Source of the DNA: the human T2T-CHM13v2.0 reference genome, Homo sapiens
Assembly (NCBI RefSeq): GCF_009914755.1
Contig: NC_060936.1
Strand: one strand, 5' to 3'
Length of the DNA: 64,000 bases
The notes under the pieces: model-generated
What the model was told of the DNA's origin: nothing
Database searches by the model: none
What the model saw: the letters and a program-made list of their open reading frames with translations, nothing else
Made by a program: the position numbers and the translations under genes
Shown: piece by piece, positions 1 through 12,720 of the stretch
Numbering within the stretch: the first letter of the stretch is position 1
Layout of the letters: each line of letters starts with the position of its first letter

Positions 1-1789
1 TAGATTCTGTTTACATTACACTGTAGAATTTGCTCAAGGAAAACGAGGGGGTTGGATAAAAAGACAGATTCCTTCCAGCTTTGAGTCTACTATTCCACAA
101 CTTTGAAATTCTTTCTCAGTGAAGCCAGATGGAAGATTTTACTTGATAAAATTAGTTGGAAAAAATCATTTACTACACTTTTAATGAGGTATTTAAATAG
201 AAACCCAAAGACCTATTTATTCTAATATCGTTTTAATTCATGAGCTTTTAATGTTTTCCCAAGCTGGTCTGTGACATTTCTTGGCCTAAAGAGAAATCTA
301 AAGTTTTTATTGTCTTTAGATTTGGCCTAATGACATGTTTCTGCTTTCCTGTCTAAGGTTAGGAAAGAAAGAGTCAAGGTTATCTTGGGTTCATATTCTT
401 TTTCTCCATTGCCTTTTCCTTTCTGTTCTCTGCCCCTCTTTCCACACAAAGAAAAAAAAGTAAGTGCAGGCGGTTATAAAAAAAAAGCCATGTTTCTTTC
501 ACAATACATCTTAAACTAATGTAATCACTCGTGTAAGTGTTTTCTGCAATTTTCTGTCTACTAAATATCCCTTGAAACACTTCAGCTTTCTCCGAACCTG
601 GTATCTTTCACTTATGCTAAACTTTTTCTTTTCTCCTTCTCTTCCTATGAGCAAGAGAGAAGGATAGACTAGTAACTAGATAGACTAATAGCAGTGTATG
701 CATGTCAATCCCAGAAATTACCCCAGAGCCTCATTTTATCTCTACATCACTGCACAAAGCCCTTTCTCAGCACACCTGCTTCAATTATACGTATTCCTAT
801 TTTTTTCATACTTTTTGCACTTTCCTATCTCCAGTTACTCCTTTTCCTATCCTTACCTCAGTTTTCAATTATCCCCTAGTAGGGCTATAAGAAGGGGAGA
901 GACGGCTGCAAAAAATATAGAACTCATTTTTTCCAGCTTTCAGATGTGTTTTGGCACCTACCAAAATTGGTATATCCCCAGTTTTGGAAATTCACTATAC
1001 TTCAGACAAAGTAACATTACACCTGGAAGACAGGTCTCAAAAGGAATTAGAGAGCTATTCACTTAGCAAATCTTTGCTCCTTGCTCATTTCTATTCTGGG
1101 CACTCCTCCATACAATGGATGAATAGCATTATCTCTCAGACAAATGCAAATAATCTTCATAGAGAGATCTTTATGTTTTTCTCTAAAGTATGGTATCTTT
1201 CTAGCTCACAGTTCCCTGGAACCAGGTGATAATTAAAGAGTTTCAGGCTCAAAGGTGTTCTCTCTGAAATTCCTGATGAGCTAGCTTCAGACAAGAATGA
1301 GAGTAAACAGAGATGGTGATGATATCATAAGTGGATCAGGTTATAATGTTAATAAGTTGGAAATGAAATGTGGCTGCCTAGTATCAATAATTGACTTAAT
1401 TCACATTTTCCCTGACACATGTAAATCCAAATCCCAGCATTCATAATTGTAGTTACCGTATTTTGGCAGGCATATGTACCAAGCTGAGATGAACAGAGCA
1501 CAAATAATCTCTGTCAGTACTGTAGCCTACACCACAGTGGAACCTCATTATAAAGAGATCTAAAACATTTTGTGACAGCAGGCAATCCTTCTCTAGAAAT
1601 AATAGCAGAAATCTCAATATCTCTAAATCTAAATAATGATTTGCATCCTTTATCTTTACAGAACAGGCTTTTAAAACTATAAAATATTTTAGAATACTCA
1701 GCCTCTGGGACAAACTAAGTACTTCTCTATATAATTGAGCAACATTTTCAAATATTGACCACCCTGATGATTCCAAACCATGTAATTAG

Positions 1790-2186
<397 letters not shown>

Positions 2187-4129
2187 TATTTCTCCTTATT
2201 TTTATTTTTTTCTTAATCAAGAATGCTGAAAACCTAATTTTTAAACCATGAAAATTTTCCATTGGAAAGTCTTCAATTTTTAGGATACGGAACATTTTAG
2301 CTTAAAACAATTAATTGGCAAATGACCGATGCAAATGCTTTTTATTAAAATTTTACTTCTATTTTTACAAGGGCTAAAAAAAAACTAGAATATGTGCTTT
2401 ATACCATCTAATAGTTAAAATTCTTCTGTATGTGAGAATGTGAAAGTCTTCTGTAAAAGGAAACATTTTCCCTAAATGAGTTTTTGAAGGAATCAATTTC
2501 CTCTATTCCTGGTCACAACAGTTTCTGAGTTTTTGACAAGTCTTGTCTCCAAGAGTTTCTGATACTCTTTCCAAATGTTTAGTAGGAAGAAGCTTCTCTT
2601 TGCTTTTTCTGGGAGAAAAAGCCAGAAGAACTCTGAGGCTGCAGTTCTCTCTCCTGACCTCCTGTCCTTCCTCACTCCTAGCTCCCAGAAGTCCTTCCAA
2701 AGGTTACCAACTGGCTTTAACCCAACTTTAACTTTTCAACTGAGGGCTTGGAGAGGCAACCTAGACTTTTTAAATTTTTTCTTTTGTTTCATAAAACACA
2801 AGATTGAAAGATTATTATAAAATATTGCCTTTCGAACACACCATGCTTACATTGGCAGAATCCATGAGAGCACTGTGGTCCCAAGGCCCTTTAAGAGGTG
2901 GGGTGTTATTTCTGAAATGGATTTGGACCATATGCAACACATATAAGAAAGTTGCATTTTCCCGCCACAGTGGAAAACATCTGTTTTGCTAGTGGATTTG
3001 ACTCTATTGCCAGAATAACTTTCCAGATGTTTTGAAACTCTAAACAACTGCTTCCTTTCTGATCTGCTCTGCCTCAAAAATTGATTTGCTAAGAAAACAC
3101 ATAGGTCTGTGACATAAATGAAAACAATAATATTTATCTTAACTAATCCATATTACCAAAACATTTTAGACATGGCCTTGGACTAATGGTGTAAAATAGA
3201 TTCTTTTTCTTTCTAAAGCAGGCATACAGACATGTATACACATAGGCTCTTGGAAAGGAATATAGTGCAAACAGGAAAACATTCCCAATCCTCTTAGTGT
3301 AAATAACTACTGGTGGTAGACCATCTATGCTCCTGTTATTTTCTCAGCTTTTTCATTGACTTAACTTAAATGACACCCTGGTAGGATATAAGCATGCCCA
3401 GCACATATTTAAACCTCTTCCCTTTAATGACTCCTGTATAGCATGCAAAGTATTTTACAGTATCTCACTTTCAGCACTTCTGTAGCATCTACTTTAGCTA
3501 TTTCTTCCTAGTTAAGCTCTAGCCACCCTTTTGTTGTCATTGTTTTTTGTTCATTTAATGTTTACATAATTTAAAGAGATGATTTTTATTTTTTTATAAT
3601 CAACTGCCAAACAATACAATATTTCTTCTTTCTGCCTCACTATACCTCGTGATTTCACTTTGTGATCTTTATCCTAACCCTGTTTGAATTTAAAACCTCT
3701 ATGTTTTCATTCCATTTATGTTTTTAACTCCTCGACTTTTCCAGATACTCAGCTTTTCCCTTTCATTCTTTACAAAGTCTTCTAGCAGATCATATTCCCA
3801 TTTCCACTATGATCCAGAAATGCAAATGTTTGAAAGGCAAATTTTAAGTTGAACAGAACAAACCTATTGTGTACTAAAGTTCAATATGTATTTTCCCTTA
3901 TAAATATTTCCCAACCGTTTGTATGTGTCTTCATTTTACATTATACCTGAGTTTCTGAACACCAAGAATCTGCTTTGAATATTTCTTTAGATTCTAAATT
4001 TGGTCAGTCATTTCTAATAAGCACACTTTTTTATTCATTCATACTTTAGAATGCAGCCCGAATCTTGTTCACCTTTGTATTACCAGTGCCTAAAGCAGAG
4101 AACCTGGCAGACACTCATTTACCATTTAT

Positions 4130-4360
4130 TAAATAACTCTAACATTTGCTTGGCAGGGATTTCATGTCCCAGGCACTGTGCTAAGCATAGATTATATGCT
4201 ATGTCATGTGATCTCAAGAACTCTGTGCAGTAGACATTATTATTGCCATTTTACTTTTGAGGAAACAGAAACTCTGGGAAAGAGAGAAGTAATTAATACA
4301 AATTTACATGGGTAGAAAGTTGCAAATTATTTAGTTCCAAAGATGGGCTCTTTGAATAAC
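4130..4360 (-). mobile_element. MIR SINE
   Basis: ccaggcactgtgctaagca...attattattgccattttac...gaggaaacaga is antisense MIR core. Preceded by an L2 3' end at about 4050-4130. Confidence 0.75.
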
Positions 4361-4985
4361 ATGAAAAACAAACATAAACCATACAAACACTTTCTTTCCC
4401 ATTTTCCTCTATCATGGCTGGTCCCAGGCAAAACTTTAAAATAGAGTAGATTTTCAGTACATCTTTCCTTTCCACTTAATAACTAACTTTTAGTGCCCAA
4501 ACCCTTTGACTTATCCTTCCAACCAACCTCAGAAGCTTCTACAGTGGACACTCCCTCCCTCATCCAGGGCCTACCTGCCATGGTCTGTATCCCCACCTAT
4601 CTTCAGCCATACTAAATTCTGGCTTTTCTTTCATCAAATCTTGGGTCTTATTGCTTCATAATACTTAAGCTTCTGAGGTTGAAAAGTTGCTTATTAGGCG
4701 AGCTTTCTTCCCCAACATTGAAAAGCTAGAAGAGTCTATAAGAATTATGTGGTCATAATTTTATGGGCAAAAAAAGTCATTGAAATGACTGTAATCAAAA
4801 GGAATGAACTTACATTAGGCTGAACAGAAGCTAAGGACAGCACCTTGGCAGGATCCTCATTGTCCACCTCCAATCAGACTTCACTGCACTAGGCTGACCT
4901 CTATTTCCTAAGAAGAAGCCTAGCTGAAATACACAATGGCTTCAGATTTTCTTATGTAACTTCCATGTTGAAGACAGCATCATAA

Positions 4986-5461
<476 letters not shown>

Positions 5462-5490
5462 TAACAATGCAATTAAATACATTGACTTAC

Positions 5491-5805
5491 GGCTGGGCAT
5501 GGTGGCTTACCCCTGTAATCCCAGCACTTTGGGAGGCTGAGGTGGGCAGATCACTTGCAGTCAGGAGTTTGAAACTAACCTGGCCAACACGGTGAAATGC
5601 TGTTTCTGCTAAAATTATAAAAATTAGCCAGGAGTGGTGGTGGGCACCTGTAATCCCTGCTACTCAAGAGGATGAGGCAGGAGAATCGTTGAACCCAGGA
5701 GGTGGAGGCTGCGGTGAGCTGTCACACCACGGCACTCCAGCCTAGGTGACAGAGCGAGACTCCATCTCAAAAAAAATAAAAAATAAAAAAGTAAATAAAT
5801 AAATA
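5491..5805 (+). mobile_element. AluS (Sx/Sz-like)
   Basis: ggctgggcatggtggc...A-rich tail. TSD aaatacattgactta / aaatacaatgactta. Confidence 0.92.
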
Positions 5806-6134
5806 AATACAATGACTTAATCATTAATTCAGTTAACAAATAGTTATTGAGTACATACTGTATAGAAGGCACAAAAGAGATTATAATTTATAAGGCAATA
5901 TAAATCATGTTCACAAATGATTGAAAGGTAAAGCATGTAAGATCATTGTCAAAAAAAGGACAAAGTATTTTGAGTGATCAGAGTAGGGAAGGATTATGAG
6001 CAGCTAGCAGAATCAATGATTTTGACATATTAGTGTTTATATTTTACCTTATATTTTACTTACAGAAATAATAACCAAAGTATTTAAACATGTGCTATTT
6101 TTTCAGGCATTGTGTAGGCAGTTTATAGCGCTAT

Positions 6135-6560
6135 TGAATCAATTATAATTGCTTCTGGCTATAAGTATCAAAATACTCTATTACAACTTGGTTAAACAAT
6201 AGTGAGACATTAGTTATTTCACTCAAAAAGAAGTCTGGAGGCAGGCAGTTGAAGAATAAGGGAAGTGATTTAACAATGTCATAAAGGACACAGGTTCTTT
6301 CCATCATTCCCCCTCCCAATTTTGTGATCGAGGGAAGACTAGCGGACTTTCTCTAGAATCATGTATGACACATCTTCATATATATGTATAATAAAATTAT
6401 GATGAAATGAGGTACTCTCTTCAAGGGCCTCTCTCTGTTACATAGGAGGAAATCTTTTCCAAATGTCTCCAGCTAACTTCCCCAGGTCTTTTTGGCTAGA
6501 CATGGTTCACATACCCATGCCTAGAGCAATAGATGATGAATGAGAAGAGGATTGCCATAA
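6135..6560 (-). mobile_element. Old MaLR LTR (MLT1J/K/L-like)
   Basis: gttaaacaat...aagaagtctggaggcaggcag...aaggacacaggttctttccatc...ttggctagacatggttcacatacccatgccta resembles an antisense old MLT1. Confidence 0.6.
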
Positions 6561-6800
6561 TGTAGTAACCATCACACAGAATGCCTCTTCACTATCTCCC
6601 AAGACTCCAGTCTAAATAAGCAATATGTTTGCGTTGATAATGGAACCTTAAAATTATTGCTTTACATACAATTATTAAGATATTTTCTATTTGTCAGCCA
6701 TGGTCAAAGTTTAGTCCCACAAAGGTATATTAATCTTATTTTAGTGGCCAAGAAACAATAAGCATTCTACAGATAGAAATAGTGATTGATTAAGGTAAAG

Positions 6801-7111
6801 TTTTTTTGTTTTTCCATTGTTTAGTTTTTTTGGTTTTGAGACAGGGTTTCGCTCTGTAGCCCAGGATGGAGTGCAGTATCTCCATCAAAGCTCACTACAG
6901 CCTCGACCTCCCAGGCTTAGGTGAGCCTTCTATCTCAGCCTCCCCAGTAGGTGGGACTATAGGTATGTGCCACCAAGCCCGGCTAATTTTTTGTAGAGAT
7001 GAGGTATTGCCATGTTGCCCAGACTAGTCTTGAACTTTTGAGCTCAAGTAATACACCAGCCTTGTCATCCCAAAGTGCTAGAATTACAGGTGTGAGCCAC
7101 TGTGTCTAGCC
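6801..7111 (-). mobile_element. AluJ
   Basis: Antisense Alu with J-type ctcactacagcctcgacctccc. TSD aaggtaaag / aaggtgaag. Confidence 0.9.
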
Positions 7112-7559
7112 AAGGTGAAGCCTTGTTTAATGTCTTTGTCATTCTTTTGCCAAATCTGTGATCCTAAAATTTTGCTGAGTCAGTTTGTTTCAGCTAGGAA
7201 CTAGTGAATGAAAAGTAACACATGTGAAATTATTACTGAAATGTTATAGCAAAGTTCATGGCCAGTGGAATTAAATTAATATGGCTAGCGTATTTGAAAA
7301 CATTATACCTGTCAGAGTAACTCTCTGTTTGAATTTAACGTGTTAATTTCTTACACTTCTCATATTTTCCTGGAATACAACTTTCCACTTCACTCAGAAC
7401 AAACATTAAAGTAGGATGTTTATATACTATGTGTAGTATGATAAAACTGTTTTAACCATTAAAAAAGTAGAAAATCCTTGTTTTTATATCATGTGACTAT
7501 TGAAATTGCAATACAAATGTTTTATTTAAGGGCTTCTTTATTTATACTGTGATAAATCT

Positions 7560-7680
7560 GCCTTTCTCTCTGTTTCTTTCTTTCTTCCTCTTCCTTGTTT
7601 CTTTATCTCTTTCTTTCTCTTTTTCTTTTTTCATTCTTTCTCTTTCTTTTTTCTTTCTCTTTCTTTCTTTCCCTCTTTCT
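7560..7680. repeat. CT-rich (TTTC)n low-complexity tract derived from an Alu tail
   Basis: Pyrimidine-rich tract directly upstream of Alu poly-T. Confidence 0.85.
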
Positions 7681-7856
7681 TTTTTTTTTTTTTTTTGAGA
7701 CAGAATCTCACTCTGTCACCCAGGCTGGAGTGCAGTGGTGCAATCTTGGCTCACTGCAACCTCCGCCTCCCAGGTTCAAGCAATTATCTGCCTCAGCCTC
7801 CCGAATAACTGGGATTACAGGTGCCCGCCACCATGCCCGGATAATTTTTGTATTTT
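7680..7856 (-). mobile_element. AluS right monomer (5'-truncated), inserted in the tail of the next AluJ
   Basis: tgagacagaatctcactc...ctgcaacctccgcctccc...taatttttgtatttt, ending at the middle A-linker. Confidence 0.85.
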
Positions 7857-7859
7857 CTC

Positions 7860-8165
7860 CTTTTTCTCTCTTCTCTGAGACAGGGTATCTCTCTGTCGCC
7901 CAGGTTGGAGCACTCTAGTGCAACCAGGGTGAACCAGGGCTCGCTGCAGCTTTAACCTCCCAGACTCAAGCAATCCTCTTGACTTATCCTCCCTAGTAGC
8001 TGGGGCTACAGGTGCATGCCACCACACACAACTAAATTCTTAAATTTTTTATAGAGATGGGGTTATGGTGCCAGGGCTTGTCTCAAATTCCTGGGCTCAA
8101 GTGATTCTCCTGCCCTCACCAGGTGTGGTAGCTCATGATTACAGGCATGAGCTACTACGCCTGGC
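7860..8165 (-). mobile_element. AluJ with internal micro-inversions
   Basis: Antisense Alu with J-type ctgcagctttaacctcccagactcaagc. See findings. Confidence 0.85.
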
Positions 8166-8257
8166 TTTATTGCAATATTTCTAAAATTATACTTCAGTCA
8201 TCTATTATTCTATAACAAACCATCCAAAACTTACTAACTTAAAACCACAGTTTTCTA

Positions 8258-8919
8258 TATACTGGTGAGGTTGTGGAGAAAAAGGAATGCTTACTCACCA
8301 TTGGTGGGGGTGAAAATTAGTTCAACCATTGTGGAAGACAGTGTGGTGATCCCTTGAAGACCTAAAGAGAGAAATACCATTCGACCCAGGAATCCCATTG
8401 CTGGCTATATACCCAAAGGAATATAAATCATTTTATTATAAACATATATGCATGTGTATGTTCATTACAACTCTATTCACAATAGCAAAGACATGGGCTC
8501 AACCTAAATGTCCATCAATGATAGACTAGATACAGAAAATGTGGTACATATGCACCACAGAATACTATGCAGCCATAAAAAAGAACAAGATCATGTCCTT
8601 TGCAGGGACATGGATGGAGCTGGAGGCCATTATCCTCAGCAAACTAATGTAGGAACAGAAAACCAAATACCACTTGTTCTCACTCATAAGTGGGAGCTAA
8701 ATATGAGAACACATAGGCACATAGAGGAGAACAACACATGCTAGGACCTATAGGAGGGTGGAGGGAGGGAGGAGGGAGAGGATCAGGAAAAAATGACTAA
8801 TAACTACTAGGCTTACCACCTGGGTGATGAAATAATGTGTACGACAAACCCCCATGACACAAGTTCACCTAGGTAAAAAACCTGCAAGTGTACCCCTCAA
8901 CTTAAAATTTTAAACAAAA
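8258..8919 (+). mobile_element. L1 3' end (L1PA13-16-like), 5'-truncated
   Basis: ggtgaggttgtggagaaaaaggaatgc...agaaataccattcgaccc...ctaggcttaccacctgggtgatgaaataat...tacccctcaacttaaaa. Confidence 0.9.
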
Positions 8920-9060
8920 TAGTTATCATTTATTTTGCTCATAAATTTACGATTTTGGAAAGGTTGGGTTGGGATGGTGAGTTTCTGTTTTCCCATGGCA
9001 TCAGTTGAGGCAGTTTCCTGGGACAGAATCCACTTGCAAGTTAGTTCACTTACATAGCTA

Positions 9061-9265
9061 GTGTCTGCTTTAACAAAGATACCACAGAATAGGTGACCTA
9101 AACAACAAGCATTTCTTTCTCACAATTCTGGAGGCTGGAAGTCTGAGATCAGGGTACTAGCATAACTGTGTTCTTGGTAAAGGCCCTCTTCCTGGACAGA
9201 TGGCTGTGCTCTTGTTATATCTTTACAAGTTGGAGTGAGAGAGAGAAAGAGAGATACTGATGGGT
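9061..9265 (-). mobile_element. MLT1A/MST-type MaLR LTR fragment
   Basis: taacaaagataccacaga...ctcacaattctggaggctggaagtctgagatcaggg...ggccctcttcctgg. Confidence 0.75.
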
Positions 9266-11284
9266 ACCTTGGCTCCTTTCCACATGAGTTTCTCCATGTG
9301 GACCTCCCCATGAGATTGCTTGAGCTTCCTCACAACATGGCAGTTGGGTTCCAGAAACAAATATTCCAATAGGAAGTTGAAACTATCAGTATTTTACAAA
9401 TTGGGCCCAGAGCTTCAGCCTAGCATCAATCCTGCTATATGCTAATGGTCAAGCAGTCACACAGACTCTGCCCAGATTTAAAGCAAGTGGACATAAATTC
9501 CTTCTTTTGATAAGAGGATGAAAACTAAATGTAACCATCTTTAATCTCTATAGACTTGAAAGAGGATTCGTTTTTATTTTCAACGTTCATTCCCATGGAA
9601 AATTTTTCTTCTTTATTATATAATACTGTCAAACTGTGAAGATGACTTGCTTTGTAAATAAAACTGCAATAAAAATATCACGGTTTAAAAAATTTATTTA
9701 TTTTTATATCACAATAAAAATATGGCAGACTTTTATTGTGGTTTATGTAACCACAATAAAAATATAGCAGAGTTGTAAGGTCCAAAGTTATACTTGAATC
9801 AGGATTACTTAAACTTGAGTCAGGATTCAAGTTTCATGTATAACTAATGCTTTTCTACTCAGAAAACTGGTCAGAACAAATATTGTGTCACCAGGATACA
9901 ATAATGGTGTTGTATTTATTATGGTAATAAAAACAAAGTAAGAAATGTTCCTTGCTATACTTTTTAATTTTTGTTAAACATTTTTTATTGGGTAGACCAT
10001 TTTTTCTTTTAAAAGGCAGTATTTTAATTCTCTTTCTGTTGAATATTCTTAAATTGTATTTTGATAATGTAGTAAAAAGTAAACAAGAATAGAAAAATTT
10101 TCTGTGTAGAGTTAAATGCAACACAGCACATCACTTCTGATGATAAATGAAAAATTTTATTATGTAGTGAGAGAATAGTACTAAATATGAGGCATAGTGA
10201 GGTAGTTTTCAATTACTTTTTTATTTTTATGAGGATGATGTGCTTGGATTTAATAGAAATTGAAAGATTTCATGATACAGTAAATGACAAAGCTTATGGC
10301 TTTTTCTTCTATTTGTTGAAGAGGAGAATGCCATTTTATTTCTTTGATTTGTGAGAAAACTCTATGTTCTCTAGTTTTACAAGCATCATTAATATCGTTT
10401 GTCAGTTATTGTTCAACAACAATGTGCAAGGTTAGGCTTGAACAGTCAGAAGAACAAAGTGAAAGAATAAGAAAAAAATGAGTAGGGATTGGTAGTGTCT
10501 TTCCTTCCAAGGATAAGTTTTTCAGAGTTTCTGGTGCTATTAGGAGACTACTTCCTCCTTGAATGTTTTGATGATGCTATGCTTCTGGGGTTTTTCACCT
10601 GAGCTTTATTTTGTCTATTCAATGGCTTCACAGTCTCTGATGGTCTTTGTCCTCCTTTTCCCTGGAGAGTGTTGGTGTTCTGCAGAGTGTTCCTCCTGGT
10701 CTTCTATTATAATTCTACATTTCCTGATCATAGTTCTCAAGATTTGTATCTCTAATCCAAACTTCTCTACTGAGTTCCATACATATAAGCCACATTGCTA
10801 TCTGTATATCCTACAGGAATCTCCAACTCGTCAGCCCCAGATTAAAATCATCATCCTTCTTCCAAAATCATTAATTAAGAGTTGCTACTCTTCACCCATA
10901 TTTACTAGGTAACTAAGTCCTATCAATTCCTTCTCAAAATATGTTCATGTTTGCCCCATCCTTTTTCATCCTCATGACCACTAACCTATTTCAGGCTTTT
11001 TGCATTTCTTCCCTAGGTTGTTACAAAGGTCTCCTTACAGGTCAAACCACATCCAGTTTCACTCTAAGCCATCCCTCAAACTGCTTCCAGACTGACTGTC
11101 CCCAAAATACAAAGAAGATAATGTGACAACCATACGTAAAACATCATCCTTCATTGTTTACAGAGCAGGGTCCAATCTCTGTCATCAGATAGAATAAATT
11201 CTCCATGATACGTCTTCCTCTCTATTATCATCTCCCTCCAATTTCCTGAAAGATCCATCATATTGTTTCCTGCTCCTATGCCTT

Positions 11285-11410
11285 CATGCATGCATACACA
11301 CAGAAACACACATCACATATATACATATAATGTATATGTATATAAGTGCACACACATCACATACATACATGTAATATGTATGTATACGTATATAAATGCA
11401 CACACACACT
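11285..11410. repeat. Mixed (CA)/(TA)/(CATA) microsatellite
   Basis: Imperfect alternating purine-pyrimidine tract. Confidence 0.85.
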
Positions 11411-11657
11411 CTTTCTAAATGGAATGACTTCCCTCTCTTTATTGGTATACAGAGTGTCTCTGCCAAGATCTAGTGTAAACATGACCTTCTCTTTGAAGTT
11501 TTCTATTACTCTTCCACCTCTGCTGCCTGCTACACTATTACCACTCCCTACACTGTGCTGCTAAGTGTGCCTAAATCAAACATGACTTCTATTATTGCAC
11601 TTACAAGATTGTATTTCTATTATCTTTTGCATGTCTGTCTTCTGTAGAAAATTATAA

Positions 11658-11956
<299 letters not shown>

Positions 11957-12464
11957 AAAAATTACAATTGTTTAAAGATAGGAAACATGACTTACTTACT
12001 AGCAGCATCTAGAGGCATTACCCTCTACAAAACCTATAAATTAAGCTGTGTAGAATGAATGAAAGAAAAATATGAAGATAAACTACATTAATTATAAAAT
12101 GCTTATTAATTTCTGAAATTATGTTGCAAGAGTAAGAGACACCTTATACTTTGACAGAGAAAAGCCTTCAACTTCAAATATCCAGAAGAAGTAACAATTT
12201 GAAATCCAGTCACAATTTAAAAAAAGTCTATCAGGTTTTAATACTTAACATCAGATGCTTTCCTAGGTAACAAAGCCAGAAATTTTCAGAAAACATGTAT
12301 TAGAAAAAAAGGAAAATAATTGGTATTAGAATAATTGTAGAGGCAGAAAAGACTAAAAATTGTTTGTTATGATATGAAAGCTTTGATATTAGTAAAATAA
12401 TAATGCAGAACAATGTGAAACACATAAAATAATACAGAAAAGGAAGAACCAAAATTATATATAA

Positions 12465-12720
12465 TAATAGTAATAATAATCACTACTATTTATTGCTTAT
12501 GACATGACAGGCACTGTGTTGCAACTCTACAATCTTATCTTTCTATCCTCACAGTAATGTTGAATGTAGATATTATTATTATTTATCTCATTTTGTAGAT
12601 GATGAACCTGTGTCTTAGAAGGGTTGATCAACTTAATTTACCAAGGTCACATAGTCCAGTAAGTGACAGTACCACATCTTAAATTCTGACTTGGGAACCC
12701 AAGCTCTTATCTATTACATA
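12465..12720 (-). mobile_element. MIR SINE
   Basis: tatttattg...caggcactgtg...atcctcacag...cattttgtagatgatgaac...ccaaggtcacatag...aagtgacag. Confidence 0.85.

Larger units (their letters stand above)
8195..9550 (-). mobile_element. MLT1G/H-like MaLR LTR split into three pieces (about 8195-8250, 8920-9060, 9270-9550)
   Basis: catctatt...taacaaac..ccaaaactta..cttaaaac | atcatttattttgctcat...atccacttgcaag | tgcttgagcttcctcacaacatggc...cagtcaca...gcccagatt. Pieces are collinear with the copy at 39862-40364. Confidence 0.7.

Noticed and set aside
698-1229. Overlapping 122-aa and 92-aa + strand ORFs
   Set aside because: Non-ATG starts, no recognisable domain and low-complexity F/L/S composition typical of AT-rich non-coding DNA.
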